Below are positions 28,089 through 39,538 of a stretch of 64,000 bases of DNA, piece by piece (the first letter of the stretch is position 1; the number at the start of each line of letters is the position of its first letter). The notes beneath the pieces were generated by a model that did not search any database, had not been told where the DNA came from, and saw only the letters and a program-made list of their open reading frames with translations. Source of the DNA: Candidatus Latescibacterota bacterium (GTDB lineage Bacteria; Latescibacterota; UBA2968; GCA-2709665); the NCBI GenBank assembly GCA_963667175.2, contig CAXXXF010000018.1:256001-320000 (forward strand). The letters are read 5' to 3'. Made by a program: the position numbers and the translations under genes.

Positions 28089-29162
28089 ATGATTTCACGT
28101 CAGCGTAGCGAAATTGGATCTGAGCTCCGCGGTGCGGGGGTCGGCGCTGAGGGGGCGTCTCGAGGATCCGTCGAAGTTGCGCCAGACGCGCTTCCGGGTT
28201 CCGCCACCTGTTCAGCAGCGGATGACGCGGGTCGGGCTGGGCATCCAGCAGGGACTGCGCGGCAAGGAGGTGGAAGATGAAGTGATGTCCATCCAACAGC
28301 GCCGCAATCTCGGCCTGTGACGCCGCGCGGTACTCCGACGCAAGGGCGGCATATCTCGCGGTCAGAGCAGGCGTGAGCGCGCTGCAGGTCCGGCCATCCG
28401 GTCGTCCTGCGCCGTGGGAGGTCGTGTACTGGGTCAGCCGGCGTTCGGGCCAGTCCCATCCGATTTTGGAGAATTCGATGAAACGGAGGGTTCGCGTCGC
28501 CGGATTGATCACGATGTTGCGGGCCTGGTAGTCGGTCGGGCCCGGCAGCGGCGAGGCCTGTTCGAGAAACCGTAGAAGCTCGGATAGCCCATCTGAGATT
28601 GATGGCAAAGGCCTGCGGCTGGCAGCCGGAGAGAGCTGTTCAACAAACCGGGGCAGGCCCCCGATAAGACGCCGGGTGGATTGCTGCCAGGCGCGGCGCA
28701 GATCCTTCTGGTGGCAACCCGGAAAGGTACGCGGGGCGAACACGTCTCTGTGCTCATGGAAGACGGATTGAATTCGGCAGAAGCCCTCAACGGCGAGGAC
28801 GCCCATAGGTTCCCGCGGCGCCCTCCTGAAAGGCGTCGTCGAGCGTATGGTCGCCGCACCATTCGAAAAAGACGAGGTCGTGGTCGCGGTCGGCGACGTA
28901 GAGCCTGGGGACGGGCGCCCCGGACAGACGCGCGTGCGAAAGCTGTTCGACGGCCAGCAGATCGTGGGCTTTCCCGCGTGCGAGGGGGAGCGAAAACGTG
29001 GTGTTTGGCAACGAGGAACGAACCGTTGCCGAGGACGATCTTCCAGACGTTCGGGTGACCGGGGAAGGGCTGGATATCTTCGACCGCGGTCCCGCCGGGA
29101 ACGGCGGCGGGAGCGATACGCCTGATGGCGTCGAGCGTCGGATCGGCGGAAGGAGCATGCAT
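28089..29162 (-). pseudogene. APH/choline-kinase-like phosphotransferase, frameshifted
   Basis: VPRLYVAD..VFFEW and PTDYQARNIV..FIEFSKIGW lie in different frames. Confidence 0.6.
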
Positions 29163-29179
29163 GGAACGTGGATGAAGTG

Positions 29180-30452
29180 TTACTTCTGCTGGATCTGCCG
29201 CTTTCGCAACGTGAGGAATTCGGGGGCTTCGCGAATACAGGAGACCAGGATGCCGAGGGAACGCCTGAAGGCGTTGAATCCCGTCCGGCGGATCTCGGCG
29301 GCGGCTTCTCCCACGGCGTCGAATCCGTCTTGCGTCGGCGCAAGGTTCTCCCAGTTCCTGAAGAGGCGGCCCCAGTCGCTTTTCAGAACTTCACGCATCC
29401 GCTTCCTGGCGAGAAACGGATACCAGAAGCTGTCGTGGTAGAGAACGCTGGCCAGGTACGACCAGGGCGCCAGGAAGGTCTTGAGAGACCACTCGACGGG
29501 TTTTTTGAGTGGTCCCCAATAGATCTTGTGCTGCATTCGGGACGCGAACGTCATTTTTCGGAAGGGACCGGCGAATTGCCAGCTTTCTTCGGCCGCGGCC
29601 GTGTCCCCCCGCAATCCGGATTCCGCGCGGGTCGCCGCAACCGAGACCGCGGTCGTGCGCGAGACGGATGTATTTGATTGAAAGCGGATCCATCCCCATC
29701 ATCCTGGCCGCCACCGCGTCGATGGCCACCTGGTCCGCGCTTGCCAGGATGACGTTCTTGGTATAGGGAATCATACACCGCGGGCCGGGTCCGTCACCGG
29801 CGAAGGTACCGTCCATGACCGCGAATACGCCGGGATGGATCTTCTTCTGGATCGTCAACAGGTCCACGAGGGTCTCGTGGATGACCGGATGGGTCCAGTG
29901 GCGCCGTTCGTTGAGGAGGCCGCCGAAAGCGTTCTTCATGGCCCCCGTCGTGGTGGTAAATACGTGGGTCTTGACGGTGGGCAGGTGGACGATGTTCTCG
30001 CCGATCAGGCGCCGGGGGATGTGAAAGCCGTCGGGGTAGACCTGGTTCAGGCACAGGAAATCGTCGGCGAGATCGCCCACCGCATCGCGGACGTGGACCC
30101 ATTCCTCGCCTTCGTAGAGGTGGATATTCCGCAGGCCGTGGGCATTGACAACGTGGACCTGCTTGTTCTCTCTCTCGCCCAAGCGGGCGTCGATGACGAC
30201 CGTCCGGTTGTGGCAGGCGTGGATCAGGTCTTTGCGATATCCGTCCTTCGCCATGGCGCGGATCACACCTTCGAGCTGCCATGGGGTCGTGGAACTTCCG
30301 GGATAAAAGAAATGCCAGGAAATATTCACCTTCAGGGCGGTGTCGAGCGTTCTGTCCAGCACGTCCTGGTACCCTGCCAGGTTCATCAGCCTGTGATAGT
30401 CTCTCAAGACCGTGTCAGGCCTGGTTTTCAGGACGGCAACCCGGGTCTGCAT
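29180..30452 (-). CDS. DUF362 domain protein (frameshift near 29605-29612)
   Basis: KVNISWH, LPTVKTH..TTTGAMKNAFGG, DQVAIDAV; the C-terminus continues in ORF 29180-29614 after a C-run. Confidence 0.8.
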
Positions 30453-30514
30453 AAGGAGCGCCTTCGAACGGTGACGATGATGGGGTGAGACCCGTAACGG
30501 TCGACCGGACCGGC

Positions 30515-31384
30515 TTATTTGAAATAGAGCAGGGCGAAAACGGCGAGAAACCAGAGGCCGCCGTTGATCAGCAGCGACGGATCGCCCAGGATGGTTGAGG
30601 ACGGATTTCCGCCCTCGTTCCTGGCGTAGACCAGATAGAGGTAGCGCAGCAGTCCGTAGATCACGAAGGGTATGGTGAGATTGAGATGCGGTGTTCCGAG
30701 TTTCCGGACGACTTCGGGCGACATGGTGTACAGCGCGTACGAAACGAGTGCGCCCGCGGTGACGACGGCGATCATCTGATCCAGGAACCTCGTCGTGTAT
30801 TCATCCAGGATGCGGCGATGCCCGGCCGCGCCGGCTTCGAGGAGAATCAATTCCTGCCGGCGTTTGACGAATCCCATAAAGAGCGCCAGAAGGACGGTGC
30901 ATAGAATCAGCCAGGAGGAGATTTCCACGCTGATGACCAGCGCGCCGGCGATGGCCCGGAACAGATATCCCGAGGCGACGATCATCACGTCAAGGATCAC
31001 GATATGTTTGAGGTAGAGCGAATAGGCGACGTTCATCAGCCCGTAGGCGAGGAGAATACACCCGAAGGGGACACTCAACAGAAAGGCAGGAGGAAGGACC
31101 GTCAGCGCGATGACGATGGAGGCGGTCGCCGCTGCCGAAAGGCCCAGCCGACCCGATGCAACCGGCCGGCTGCGCTTTTCGGGGTGCCGGCGGTCGGATT
31201 CGACGTCTCGAACGTCGTTCAGAAGGTAGACCGCGCTCGACATGAAGCAGAAGAGGACGAACGCGGCGCCGCTGCGAAGCAGGTAGCGACCGTCGAGCAG
31301 GTGTTCCGAGAAGACCAGCGGGGCCAGCACGAACACGCTCTTGATCCACTGGTGCGGCCGCAGGGCTTGAATGAGTGGATACAT
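30515..31384 (-). CDS. Decaprenyl-phosphate phosphoribosyltransferase-like UbiA prenyltransferase
   Basis: RPHQWIK, YLLNDVRD..DRRHPEKRSRPVASG, YSLYLKH..LDV; multi-TM. Confidence 0.9.
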   Translation of the reverse strand: MYPLIQALRPHQWIKSVFVLAPLVFSEHLLDGRYLLRSGAAFVLFCFMSSAVYLLNDVRDVESDRRHPEKRSRPVASGRLGLSAAATASIVIALTVLPPAFLLSVPFGCILLAYGLMNVAYSLYLKHIVILDVMIVASGYLFRAIAGALVISVEISSWLILCTVLLALFMGFVKRRQELILLEAGAAGHRRILDEYTTRFLDQMIAVVTAGALVSYALYTMSPEVVRKLGTPHLNLTIPFVIYGLLRYLYLVYARNEGGNPSSTILGDPSLLINGGLWFLAVFALLYFK

Positions 31385-31460
31385 AGACGGGGGGGTTCGG
31401 ACGTTGGAAGACCGGGGTCGGAATTCCGGCGGATCCGTTTCGGCCTCCGCACGACGGCTT

Positions 31461-34400
31461 TCAGATGGTCAGGCCGAAGTAGATGCGGTTGTTGTCGATG
31501 TCCTGGCCCCGGATGCTGTCGCGGGTCGGAAAGGCAATCTGAAAATAGCCATAAAGGGGAATCCGGTAGTGCGTGAACATCTGCATGCGGAGTTCGAAGC
31601 CCCAGTCGGTCAGGAACGCCGATCGTTTGAACCTGTCATCGGAATCGAGCAGCGCGCGGAGGCTCTCGAAGTTGCCGGTGGCGCCGGTCTCCACGAAGAA
31701 CGTGCCGTAGATCTTGTCGAAGAAGAACGGCGGCAGTTCCTTCGCGGCGCTCTTGAAGATCGGAAAGGTCAGGCTGGCCCTCGCGAGCAGAGCCTTGCCG
31801 CCGGACGTGGAGAAGTAGGGATATCCCCTGAGGGTGCCGAGCCCGCCCAGATAATACCGCAGAGGATAGTAGAATACGCCTTCGGCCGATGAGGTGTTCT
31901 CCTGGACGTCCTTGATGGGTTTGTCCTTGTAGGCGAGGAAAGCCTGGAGGGCGAGCGTCGTTCGGCCGCCAAGGCCGATGAATTCATTCCAGGACACGAC
32001 GTACTCATTGATGCCCAACTTGGTCGGATCCGACAGGTAGGTCGGGGCGGCAACGCCGTCCTGGTTCACCTGGGACCGAAACAGCGAGTCGGTCACAGAG
32101 GCGTTGATGCGCCGGTACCTCAAGGTGATCGCCCTGCCCCGGGACGGGTTCACGAACATATCCTTTGCGGGCTGGAAATTGAAATATCGCCAGCCGACCG
32201 TGAGGTCGTTGCTCTTGAAAAAGCTGAGATCGCGATACAGGAAATCGTCGAAGACGACCTCATCTTCGCCCAGACCGGGTATCTGGTCCGTGATGTCGCT
32301 TATGACGCCGTTTCTGTTCTGGACCAGCCTCGTGCTGTCCAGGATGACCTGTTTCGTATGGGTGCTCTCCCTGTACCCCCTCCGGCCGTACGTCATGGAT
32401 AGCACCTGGCGCCTGCCGATGCTGGTTTCAATGCCCACCACGAAATCATTGAACAGGTTCTTGTACTTGTCTTCCTGGGTGAGGGAGAGGTTGGTGAAAC
32501 TGGTGACCCCTGGAACCAGCCGCAGGGTGTCGTCGATCACGATCTGCAGCGTGCCCGACGTGGTGTCCCGGCGGGCGTCCACAATGCCCCGGTCGATCTG
32601 GCTGTTGATGGTCTGCTGGCTGGCGCCGACGAAAATTCTGGGCGCGTACGTCCGGTCTTCGGTGTGAACCGCCGGCAGGCCCCTCGTATAGAACGCGGAA
32701 AAATTGGAGTTTAAATCCACGCCTTTCTTCAGGTTCTTGCCCACGGTGAAGCCGGCGTAGATATTGTCGCTTCCCAGGAGGTCTCCCCACGTGGCTTCGG
32801 CGCCAGCGCTCAGCTGATCCAGGCCGAACCGGTTGCCGATAAAGGTCGGTCCCAGCACCAGAATGGGCACGACGCCGATGGAAGACAGGCGCGGAGCATA
32901 CCGGCCGGTATTGAACAGGTCGCCGATTTTCTTTCCCTTGTAAATGCTGCTGTAGTCCCGCACCAGCGAATCGGCCGGCGCGGACGCCTCCGCGCCGGAT
33001 TTCCGGATGCGGTAGATGTTGTAATTGGCGGCATGATAGCCGGAATAGAGGATTTCGTCGCCATCAGGCGACACCGAGGGCGAAAAGGCGCCTCCGATGA
33101 CGTTGGAGAGCTGTTCCTGCCTTCCCGTCGCGAGGTCCAGTGCGTAGACGTTGAAGACGCCGGTGCGGTCGGAAGCGTACACGATACCGCGGCCGCCTGG
33201 CATCCAGACCGCGTCGCGTTCATCGGCTCTGGTATTGATGATGACCTCGAAGCCCGCGTTGTTGGCATAGGCCAGGCTGTCGGGGAAGGCGACCATGCTG
33301 TCTCGGCTGGCGGCTTCAGCCAGGCCGAGGCTGTCCGCCTCGGCCTGCGCGCTGTCCACCTCGGTTTCCGTCTTCTTCCTCGCGGCGATACGCTCAGCCA
33401 ACTCCTGCTTTTCGGTCTTCTTCTTGTCGGTTTTCTTCGGACGCGGCGTGGCATCCGCGCTGATGACGGCTATGTCCCGATCTTCCCCCCGGAAAATGCT
33501 GAAAAGAAGCCTGTTTCCGTCCTCCGACCACCTGGGCGTGTAATATTGCGTGCCGTTGTTATTATTGGTCAGATAGCGGACGTCCGTGCCATCGATGTTT
33601 ACGATGCCCAGGTTGGAGGTCCCGTCCCGATTGCCCACGAAGGCGATCTTCGTGCCGTCGGGAGACACCGCAGGGTCTCTTCCTCTCAGGCCGACGGTGA
33701 CGCGACGCTCCTCGCGCGTGATGAGATCGTAGATGAAGATGTCCCAGTTGCCCCCGACCGACTTGCTATACACCAGGCTGTTGCCGTCGGGCGCCCAGGA
33801 GAAGGGCAGGTTGACGTATTTGCCGTATTTCCGGCTTCTGGCCACCTTTGTCAGTTTTCGCGTGGCCAGATCCATCACCAGCATTTCCATGATGGCGTAG
33901 TCGCTTCCCTCGTTGCTGATGAAAGCCATTTTCGTGCCGTCGGGTGAGTACGTGGGGAAGTGTTCCACGTCTCCCCGATCCGAGAGCAGTTCGCCCTCCC
34001 GCTCTCCGGAAGCGCGGATGGAGTCCGCGAGCGCGCCGTATTTGCGATCGAGATGGGCGGTCCATTCGTCGTAGAGTTCAGAAGCGGACCTGCCGGTGCT
34101 CTTCTTGACGGCGGATTTGAAGTTGACAATCGGCCGGTGCCTGGACATCGCCCGTACGGAGTCCTGGCCGTAGGTCTCGGCCAGGTAATTCAGGAAGGCA
34201 TAGCCCTGGTTGTAGACCTGTTCCGATTTGAATCCGTCTTTGCCGAAGACGCCCATGTTCGTATAGGAAAGCAGGTCGTCTTCAAGCGTGGCCATCCGCA
34301 GGATCATGTCCCGGTGGGTGTCCCAGAGGTCTCCCCCGTACTTTTTGGACTCAAACTGGGCGATCCCTTCGGCGTACCAGTTCGGCATCGCGGAGTGGTA

Positions 34401-35027
34401 AAGCGGGAGAAAGAAGCCGAAGTCCGGATTCTGGTTGGAGCGGCTGCTGCCCAGAAGACCGAATACAAAAGGCATGCTGTTGTGAGAAGATTTCAGCGTG
34501 ATGTGGTGGGTGAGTTCGTGGGTGAAGACGTCACGCACCCAGTCGTGGGTGCCTCGAGAGTCCCAGTTGAGGGGGGTGGCTCCGAAGAAAATGAGATTAC
34601 CCAGGTAGAACGAGTAGGCATTGCCCAGAATGTCGACGTCGGAAACGACAACGTGAATCGGGGCGTAGCGCTCGATGGAACCCGGATAGTGCCGGGATAT
34701 CTTCTCGAAGATATCGTCAGCGATCTCAGCGATGCGGCGGGCCGTGTTTTCCGCTTCCGCGTAGTAGATGGCGAAGTACTTCGTGCGGATTGCCCGTGCG
34801 CCCGGTACGTGGAGCCCGAGCAGGGCAGGGAAGAAATGACGCTCGTGCCGCTCCCAGGTGTAGTCGGGCATGGTTCGGTTCAACGGAACGTCGGCAATGT
34901 CCACGGTGGGACCGAATTTGTATTTCCTGGGGAACTGCTGGGCGTCTGAAGGGATCGTCACGCCGGACGAAAACGTGATCAGAACCGCTGTGAAGAGGCC
35001 GATGGACAGGATCGTGGATCGGGTCAC
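31461..35027 (-). CDS. Outer-membrane protein: gluzincin/peptidase MA domain + PD40/TolB propeller + BamA/TamA-like barrel
   Basis: Signal peptide, HELTH...WYAEGIA, multiple SPDG repeats, LRGY motif, terminal IYFGLTI; AGGAG RBS before the GTG. Confidence 0.8.
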   Translation of the reverse strand: MTRSTILSIGLFTAVLITFSSGVTIPSDAQQFPRKYKFGPTVDIADVPLNRTMPDYTWERHERHFFPALLGLHVPGARAIRTKYFAIYYAEAENTARRIAEIADDIFEKISRHYPGSIERYAPIHVVVSDVDILGNAYSFYLGNLIFFGATPLNWDSRGTHDWVRDVFTHELTHHITLKSSHNSMPFVFGLLGSSRSNQNPDFGFFLPLYHSAMPNWYAEGIAQFESKKYGGDLWDTHRDMILRMATLEDDLLSYTNMGVFGKDGFKSEQVYNQGYAFLNYLAETYGQDSVRAMSRHRPIVNFKSAVKKSTGRSASELYDEWTAHLDRKYGALADSIRASGEREGELLSDRGDVEHFPTYSPDGTKMAFISNEGSDYAIMEMLVMDLATRKLTKVARSRKYGKYVNLPFSWAPDGNSLVYSKSVGGNWDIFIYDLITREERRVTVGLRGRDPAVSPDGTKIAFVGNRDGTSNLGIVNIDGTDVRYLTNNNNGTQYYTPRWSEDGNRLLFSIFRGEDRDIAVISADATPRPKKTDKKKTEKQELAERIAARKKTETEVDSAQAEADSLGLAEAASRDSMVAFPDSLAYANNAGFEVIINTRADERDAVWMPGGRGIVYASDRTGVFNVYALDLATGRQEQLSNVIGGAFSPSVSPDGDEILYSGYHAANYNIYRIRKSGAEASAPADSLVRDYSSIYKGKKIGDLFNTGRYAPRLSSIGVVPILVLGPTFIGNRFGLDQLSAGAEATWGDLLGSDNIYAGFTVGKNLKKGVDLNSNFSAFYTRGLPAVHTEDRTYAPRIFVGASQQTINSQIDRGIVDARRDTTSGTLQIVIDDTLRLVPGVTSFTNLSLTQEDKYKNLFNDFVVGIETSIGRRQVLSMTYGRRGYRESTHTKQVILDSTRLVQNRNGVISDITDQIPGLGEDEVVFDDFLYRDLSFFKSNDLTVGWRYFNFQPAKDMFVNPSRGRAITLRYRRINASVTDSLFRSQVNQDGVAAPTYLSDPTKLGINEYVVSWNEFIGLGGRTTLALQAFLAYKDKPIKDVQENTSSAEGVFYYPLRYYLGGLGTLRGYPYFSTSGGKALLARASLTFPIFKSAAKELPPFFFDKIYGTFFVETGATGNFESLRALLDSDDRFKRSAFLTDWGFELRMQMFTHYRIPLYGYFQIAFPTRDSIRGQDIDNNRIYFGLTI

Positions 35028-35161
35028 GTGCTTCTCCTGGACTTCAATGGATGGATTGGGGTGGATTGGACGGCCGAGGGGAAGTTGCACGATCCGCCTT
35101 CGCGCCGGTCGGCTATAAAAGTAAACAATTAGACCTCCAAAGACAACGAACGGTTCCAAAT

Positions 35162-36151
35162 TCAGTCCGTCGGGAGGTGTTGCCGGGTCCGCAGAATACA
35201 CGCGACGCTGTGGTTCCCGCCAATTTCAAGCAACTCCGGCACGATTTTCGTGCATGCGTCTTCCCGTTCGGGGCAGCGCGGATGAAAGGGACAGCCGTGA
35301 GGGACGTTGGCGGGGCTGGGAACGTCGCCGGTCAGTACCGTGCGCTGCTTCCTGATGCGCGGGTCCGGAACGGGGACGGCCGAAAGCAGGGCGCGGGTAT
35401 AAGGGTGTTGCGGAGCGTCGCAGAGGGTGTGGCTTTCCGCGATTTCCACGATGCGTCCCAGGTACATCACCGCGATGCGGTTGGAGATGTGTTTGACAAC
35501 GCTCAGGTCGTGCGCCACAAAGAGGAACGTGAGGCCGAACCGTCCCTGAAGATCCTGAAGCAGATTGATGATCTGGGCCTGGATCGACACGTCCAGGGCC
35601 GAAACAGGTTCGTCCGCAACGATGAATTCCGGATTCACGGCCAGAGCGCGGGAAATGCCGATGCGCTGGCGCTGCCCGCCGCTGAATTCGTGGGGATACC
35701 GGCGGGCATGGTCCGGGCGGAGGCCCACGACGTCCAGGAGCTCTGCCACCCGTTCCCGCGTATCGCTTCCATCGGTGAGTTTGTGGATTTTCAACGCTTC
35801 GGCCAACATCCCCCCGACCGTCATACGGGGATTCAGCGAACTGTAGGGGTCCTGGAAAATGATCTGCATCCGGCGCCGTACGCCGCGAAGCGCCGAGCGG
35901 TTCAGGCCGAAGACGTCGGCGCCGTTGAACAGCACGCGCCCCTCCGTGGCTTCGATGAGCCGCAAAATGGTCCTCCCCGCCGTCGTCTTGCCGCATCCGG
36001 ATTCCCCGACCAGACCCAGGGTTTCCCCCCGCTGAACGGAGAAGGAGACGCCGTCGACGGCCTTGACGTAGCCGACGGTCCGGGAGAAAACCCCGCGGGT
36101 GATCGGAAAGTGCTTCTTGAGGCCGTGGACTTCGAGCAGAGGCTTCGACAT
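35162..36151 (-). CDS. oppF: Oligopeptide ABC transporter ATP-binding protein
   Basis: [24 protein letters not shown], Cys-rich C-terminus. Confidence 0.93.
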   Translation of the reverse strand: MSKPLLEVHGLKKHFPITRGVFSRTVGYVKAVDGVSFSVQRGETLGLVGESGCGKTTAGRTILRLIEATEGRVLFNGADVFGLNRSALRGVRRRMQIIFQDPYSSLNPRMTVGGMLAEALKIHKLTDGSDTRERVAELLDVVGLRPDHARRYPHEFSGGQRQRIGISRALAVNPEFIVADEPVSALDVSIQAQIINLLQDLQGRFGLTFLFVAHDLSVVKHISNRIAVMYLGRIVEIAESHTLCDAPQHPYTRALLSAVPVPDPRIRKQRTVLTGDVPSPANVPHGCPFHPRCPEREDACTKIVPELLEIGGNHSVACILRTRQHLPTD

Positions 36152-36152
36152 A

Positions 36153-37151
36153 TCAATCCGATCGCGTCACGGGAGAGGGAACATCTTCGACCATCCAGCA
36201 TGCCACGTGGCGGCTGCCGGCGGTCGGTTCCAGAGGCGGTTCGTCCGTTACACACACGTCTTCCGCCAGGGAACACCGGGGGGCAAACCGGCATCCGGCG
36301 GGAAAACGGGTCGCGTCGGGCACCGTTCCCGGGATTACGGACAGCCGGTTCTTCTCTTCGCCGAGCGTGGGTATGGATTCCAGCAAGCCCCTCGTGTAGG
36401 GGTGCTGAGGGCTTGCGAAGATCTCGTCCACCGTTCCGGTCTCCACGATCTTCCCGGCGTACATGACCGCCACGCGGTCCGCAACTTCAGCGATGACCCC
36501 GAGGTCGTGGGTGATCATCAGGACGGCCATCCCCAATTCCTTCTGAAGCCGGTCCAGAAGTTCCAGAATCTGAGCCTGAATGGTCACGTCAAGCGCCGTG
36601 GTGGGCTCGTCGGCGATCAGCAGTTCCGGGTTGCACGAAAGGGCCATGGCAATCATCACCCGCTGGCGCATGCCGCCGGAGAGCTGGTGAGGGTACTCGT
36701 TTGCCCGTTGTTCGGGATCCGGAATGCCCACCAGATTGAGCATGTCCACGGTTTTGGCCCGGGCGGCGTCCCTGGCGAGGCGCTGGTGGAGCATGACGGC
36801 TTCGTCAATCTGGTCTCCACAGGTAAACACAGGGTTGAGGCTGGTCATCGGCTCCTGAAAAATCATCGCGACGTCGTTGCCCCTGACACCCTGGAAAGCG
36901 GCTTCATCCAGACTCAGCAGATTCCGTCCGTTGAATCGGATCTCGCCTTCGACGATTTCACCCGGCGGTTCCGGTACCAGACGCATGACGGACAGCGACG
37001 TTACACTCTTTCCGCATCCGGATTCTCCCACCAGGCCCAGTGTTTCACCCTTGTCCAGGGTGAAGGAGACGCCATCCACGGCTTTGGCTATGCCGCCGTC
37101 CGTATGGAAGTGCGTCTTCAGGTCTTCGACGGTCAGAAGGGGCTCCGACAT
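36153..37151 (-). CDS. oppD: Oligopeptide ABC transporter ATP-binding protein
   Basis: [31 protein letters not shown]. Confidence 0.93.
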   Translation of the reverse strand: MSEPLLTVEDLKTHFHTDGGIAKAVDGVSFTLDKGETLGLVGESGCGKSVTSLSVMRLVPEPPGEIVEGEIRFNGRNLLSLDEAAFQGVRGNDVAMIFQEPMTSLNPVFTCGDQIDEAVMLHQRLARDAARAKTVDMLNLVGIPDPEQRANEYPHQLSGGMRQRVMIAMALSCNPELLIADEPTTALDVTIQAQILELLDRLQKELGMAVLMITHDLGVIAEVADRVAVMYAGKIVETGTVDEIFASPQHPYTRGLLESIPTLGEEKNRLSVIPGTVPDATRFPAGCRFAPRCSLAEDVCVTDEPPLEPTAGSRHVACWMVEDVPSPVTRSD

Positions 37152-37259
37152 AAAGCCAACCTGTATTGAACCTGCGTCAATTGCGGATGCGCAGCGAACG
37201 GGGCGGGCGCGCCGGTTCGAAAAGCACACCATGGATCGACAGACAATCGCACCGCCGGG

Positions 37260-38003
37260 TCAGAAAAGCGGTGGGTTCAGATGCAGCCAGTCTTCAAGCA
37301 GGAAATCCACGCGGCCGATGAGCAGGGAGATACGCGCCATGACGGTATAACCGAATGAAGCGCCGAACGAAACCATCAGGAAATAGATGCCCACCCTGGA
37401 GATGCCGCCCACAACTCCTTTATGTTCGACGGAAAAATAAAAGTAGATGAGGACGCTCACGACGCCGATCAGGATGATCGCAGGGTTCAGTACAGCCCAT
37501 CCGAAGTCCGCCGACGCCTGGGAAAACGGGCTTATTGTGGGTTCGATCTGTTCGATGATGAAGGAGGCCACGCGGCGGGGGATGGCCAGGCCCGCGCCGA
37601 GCCCCACGAAGAAAGCGAAGGAGATGCGGCTGAGCCACACCCCTCGGCCGAAAAAGCGGGTCATCAGAAACAGACCGAGACATGCCGGAACGAGCACCAG
37701 CCATCTGACGCCCACGTCGGCCGGTGGACGGAAGAGAGGATTCACCACGTCCACCAGGATGCTCTGGTACCAGACCAGCGCCAGTTCGTATGCGGCGACA
37801 ACGCCCACGTAGAGATGCTCGGCCAGCTTGAAGAGCGGATTGTCCCTGTAGAGGAAGCTGTACAGCGCGAGTGTGATTCCGGCGGCGAGGATAATCCCGA
37901 ACCCGGACCAGCTTGCCTGAAGGTCGCCGGCGGCCAGCAGATACCCGTTTACGACCGCAAAGAGCAGAATGAAAACCGGGAAGGCGATATTTTCTCTATT
38001 CAT
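37260..38003 (-). CDS. Conserved multi-TM membrane protein of GlmL-associated clusters
   Basis: SFLYRDNPLFKLAEHLYVG...FGASFGYTVMARISLLIGR. Confidence 0.75.
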   Translation of the reverse strand: MNRENIAFPVFILLFAVVNGYLLAAGDLQASWSGFGIILAAGITLALYSFLYRDNPLFKLAEHLYVGVVAAYELALVWYQSILVDVVNPLFRPPADVGVRWLVLVPACLGLFLMTRFFGRGVWLSRISFAFFVGLGAGLAIPRRVASFIIEQIEPTISPFSQASADFGWAVLNPAIILIGVVSVLIYFYFSVEHKGVVGGISRVGIYFLMVSFGASFGYTVMARISLLIGRVDFLLEDWLHLNPPLF

Positions 38004-38839
38004 GCCGCTGGCCCTTTACGGACGGCGCTTCGGTGCAGAAAGTAGACGACGTTTCCCAGCAGGATAAACCCGATGATGACCATATGTGCGACGGATTGCG
38101 GACGCATGCCGCTGACCGCCATGCCTCTCTTGCCCACCAGGGCCTCGTATTCCGCGGCGCCGGCGAGCCCGCCGATGAGGCCGTCGAGCTGCCGGGACTG
38201 AAGGAAGGGGAAGAAATCAGGCGCCATTACGGCGGTACATCCGGCCCCCAGGGGGAACCGGTATCGTTCCTGCCCGTACGCGATCCATTCGTCGACGCCG
38301 GGAAAGCCGGCGGCCAGGTCGATCACGTAATCGAAGTCTTTCAGCGACCGCAGATTGCGGGTGATGGGCATCTCAGAGGTGGCGACGCCCCGGATGTCTT
38401 CGGGAAACGCGCCGTGCAGATCCTGGCCCATGTTCAGAATCAGGATCGGGCCGCCGGCCTTGAACCCGAGGAACGCATAGTCCGTGCCGTTCACGCGCCC
38501 GTATTCCTCTCCCGCCGTCTCAAACGCCTGCATGGCAAGCCCCACGGCTTCGGTAATGAGCGTCACGCCCACCACCCGGATGTTCCGACTGAAGCAGTGG
38601 CGAAGAATGGCCAGCGCCATGGGCTGGAGTTCCGGCTGCGAACTGGGGCCGTAGTCGAAGGAGATGAGCACGACGGCATCGGGATTTCCGGACAGGCTTT
38701 CTATTGAATCGTAGACCGCGCGCACGTTGGGCGTGGCCTTGATGGGCAGTTCGAACCCGATGAGCAGAGGGATGCATACGGCAAAAAAGACGGCCAGGTA
38801 GACGATGCGACGGTCGATGTTGAGAAGGCGTTCGATCAT
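38000..38839 (-). CDS. Conserved membrane-anchored protein of GlmL-associated clusters
   Basis: N- and C-terminal TMs; DYGPSSQPEL, GLIGGLAGAAEYE. Confidence 0.75.
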   Translation of the reverse strand: MIERLLNIDRRIVYLAVFFAVCIPLLIGFELPIKATPNVRAVYDSIESLSGNPDAVVLISFDYGPSSQPELQPMALAILRHCFSRNIRVVGVTLITEAVGLAMQAFETAGEEYGRVNGTDYAFLGFKAGGPILILNMGQDLHGAFPEDIRGVATSEMPITRNLRSLKDFDYVIDLAAGFPGVDEWIAYGQERYRFPLGAGCTAVMAPDFFPFLQSRQLDGLIGGLAGAAEYEALVGKRGMAVSGMRPQSVAHMVIIGFILLGNVVYFLHRSAVRKGPAA

Positions 38840-39492
38840 TGTCCTTCCTCTCCCAGATAGGATCGTTCGATGCCGAAGATGATGCGCAGGGCCGTGGCGA
38901 TTGCGCCGAGGCTCACACCCAGCAGGATGCCGCGCCGCGCGGCCAGGTTGGGAGTGGCCATCAGCCACTGGGACACCTCGGGCAGGTGTTCCGAGATGAG
39001 CGCGCCGATGGGTACCCGGCCGAGCATGACCAGCAGGGCGGCAACAAGGAGCACGACGGCTTCGGCCGACCGGGCCCGGAACGTGCGGTAGGCGGCGGAA
39101 GCGATAAAGAAGGCAAGCAGAGAGAACATCGTTGCGCCGCCGGCCACGTGGACGTGGGTATACATCCAGTTCAGGTCCAGCCCGTCACCCGGCGCGAGCG
39201 GTTGCAGCGGCCCTTTGCCGTTGTTGTAGACGGCCAGTGCGATCGTGACGATGAATCCGATGTACACCACGGCGCTGAACGCCCATCCGGCCTGATTGCG
39301 TCTGATCCGGCGCCAGTGCATCTGCAGAAGGCTGTGGATGCCCAGAAACAGGGCGAAGGCGGCGATGATCCGGTACCAGGTCGAAGTTGTGATCTCAACC
39401 GGTTGGGCAACCGGAACATAGTAAGTGAAGATGCCGATGACACCCGCTACGAAAGCCACGAGCAACGGCAGGGTGCGCTGCAGGAAATACAT
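38836..39492 (-). CDS. Conserved multi-TM membrane protein of GlmL-associated clusters
   Basis: TMFSLLAFFIASAAYRTFRAR...LRIIFGIERSYLG. Confidence 0.75.
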   Translation of the reverse strand: MYFLQRTLPLLVAFVAGVIGIFTYYVPVAQPVEITTSTWYRIIAAFALFLGIHSLLQMHWRRIRRNQAGWAFSAVVYIGFIVTIALAVYNNGKGPLQPLAPGDGLDLNWMYTHVHVAGGATMFSLLAFFIASAAYRTFRARSAEAVVLLVAALLVMLGRVPIGALISEHLPEVSQWLMATPNLAARRGILLGVSLGAIATALRIIFGIERSYLGEEGQ

Positions 39493-39538
39493 TCAGTTTT
39501 CTCCGGAAGACGTGAACGTGGATGACTTGCCGTCGTCG

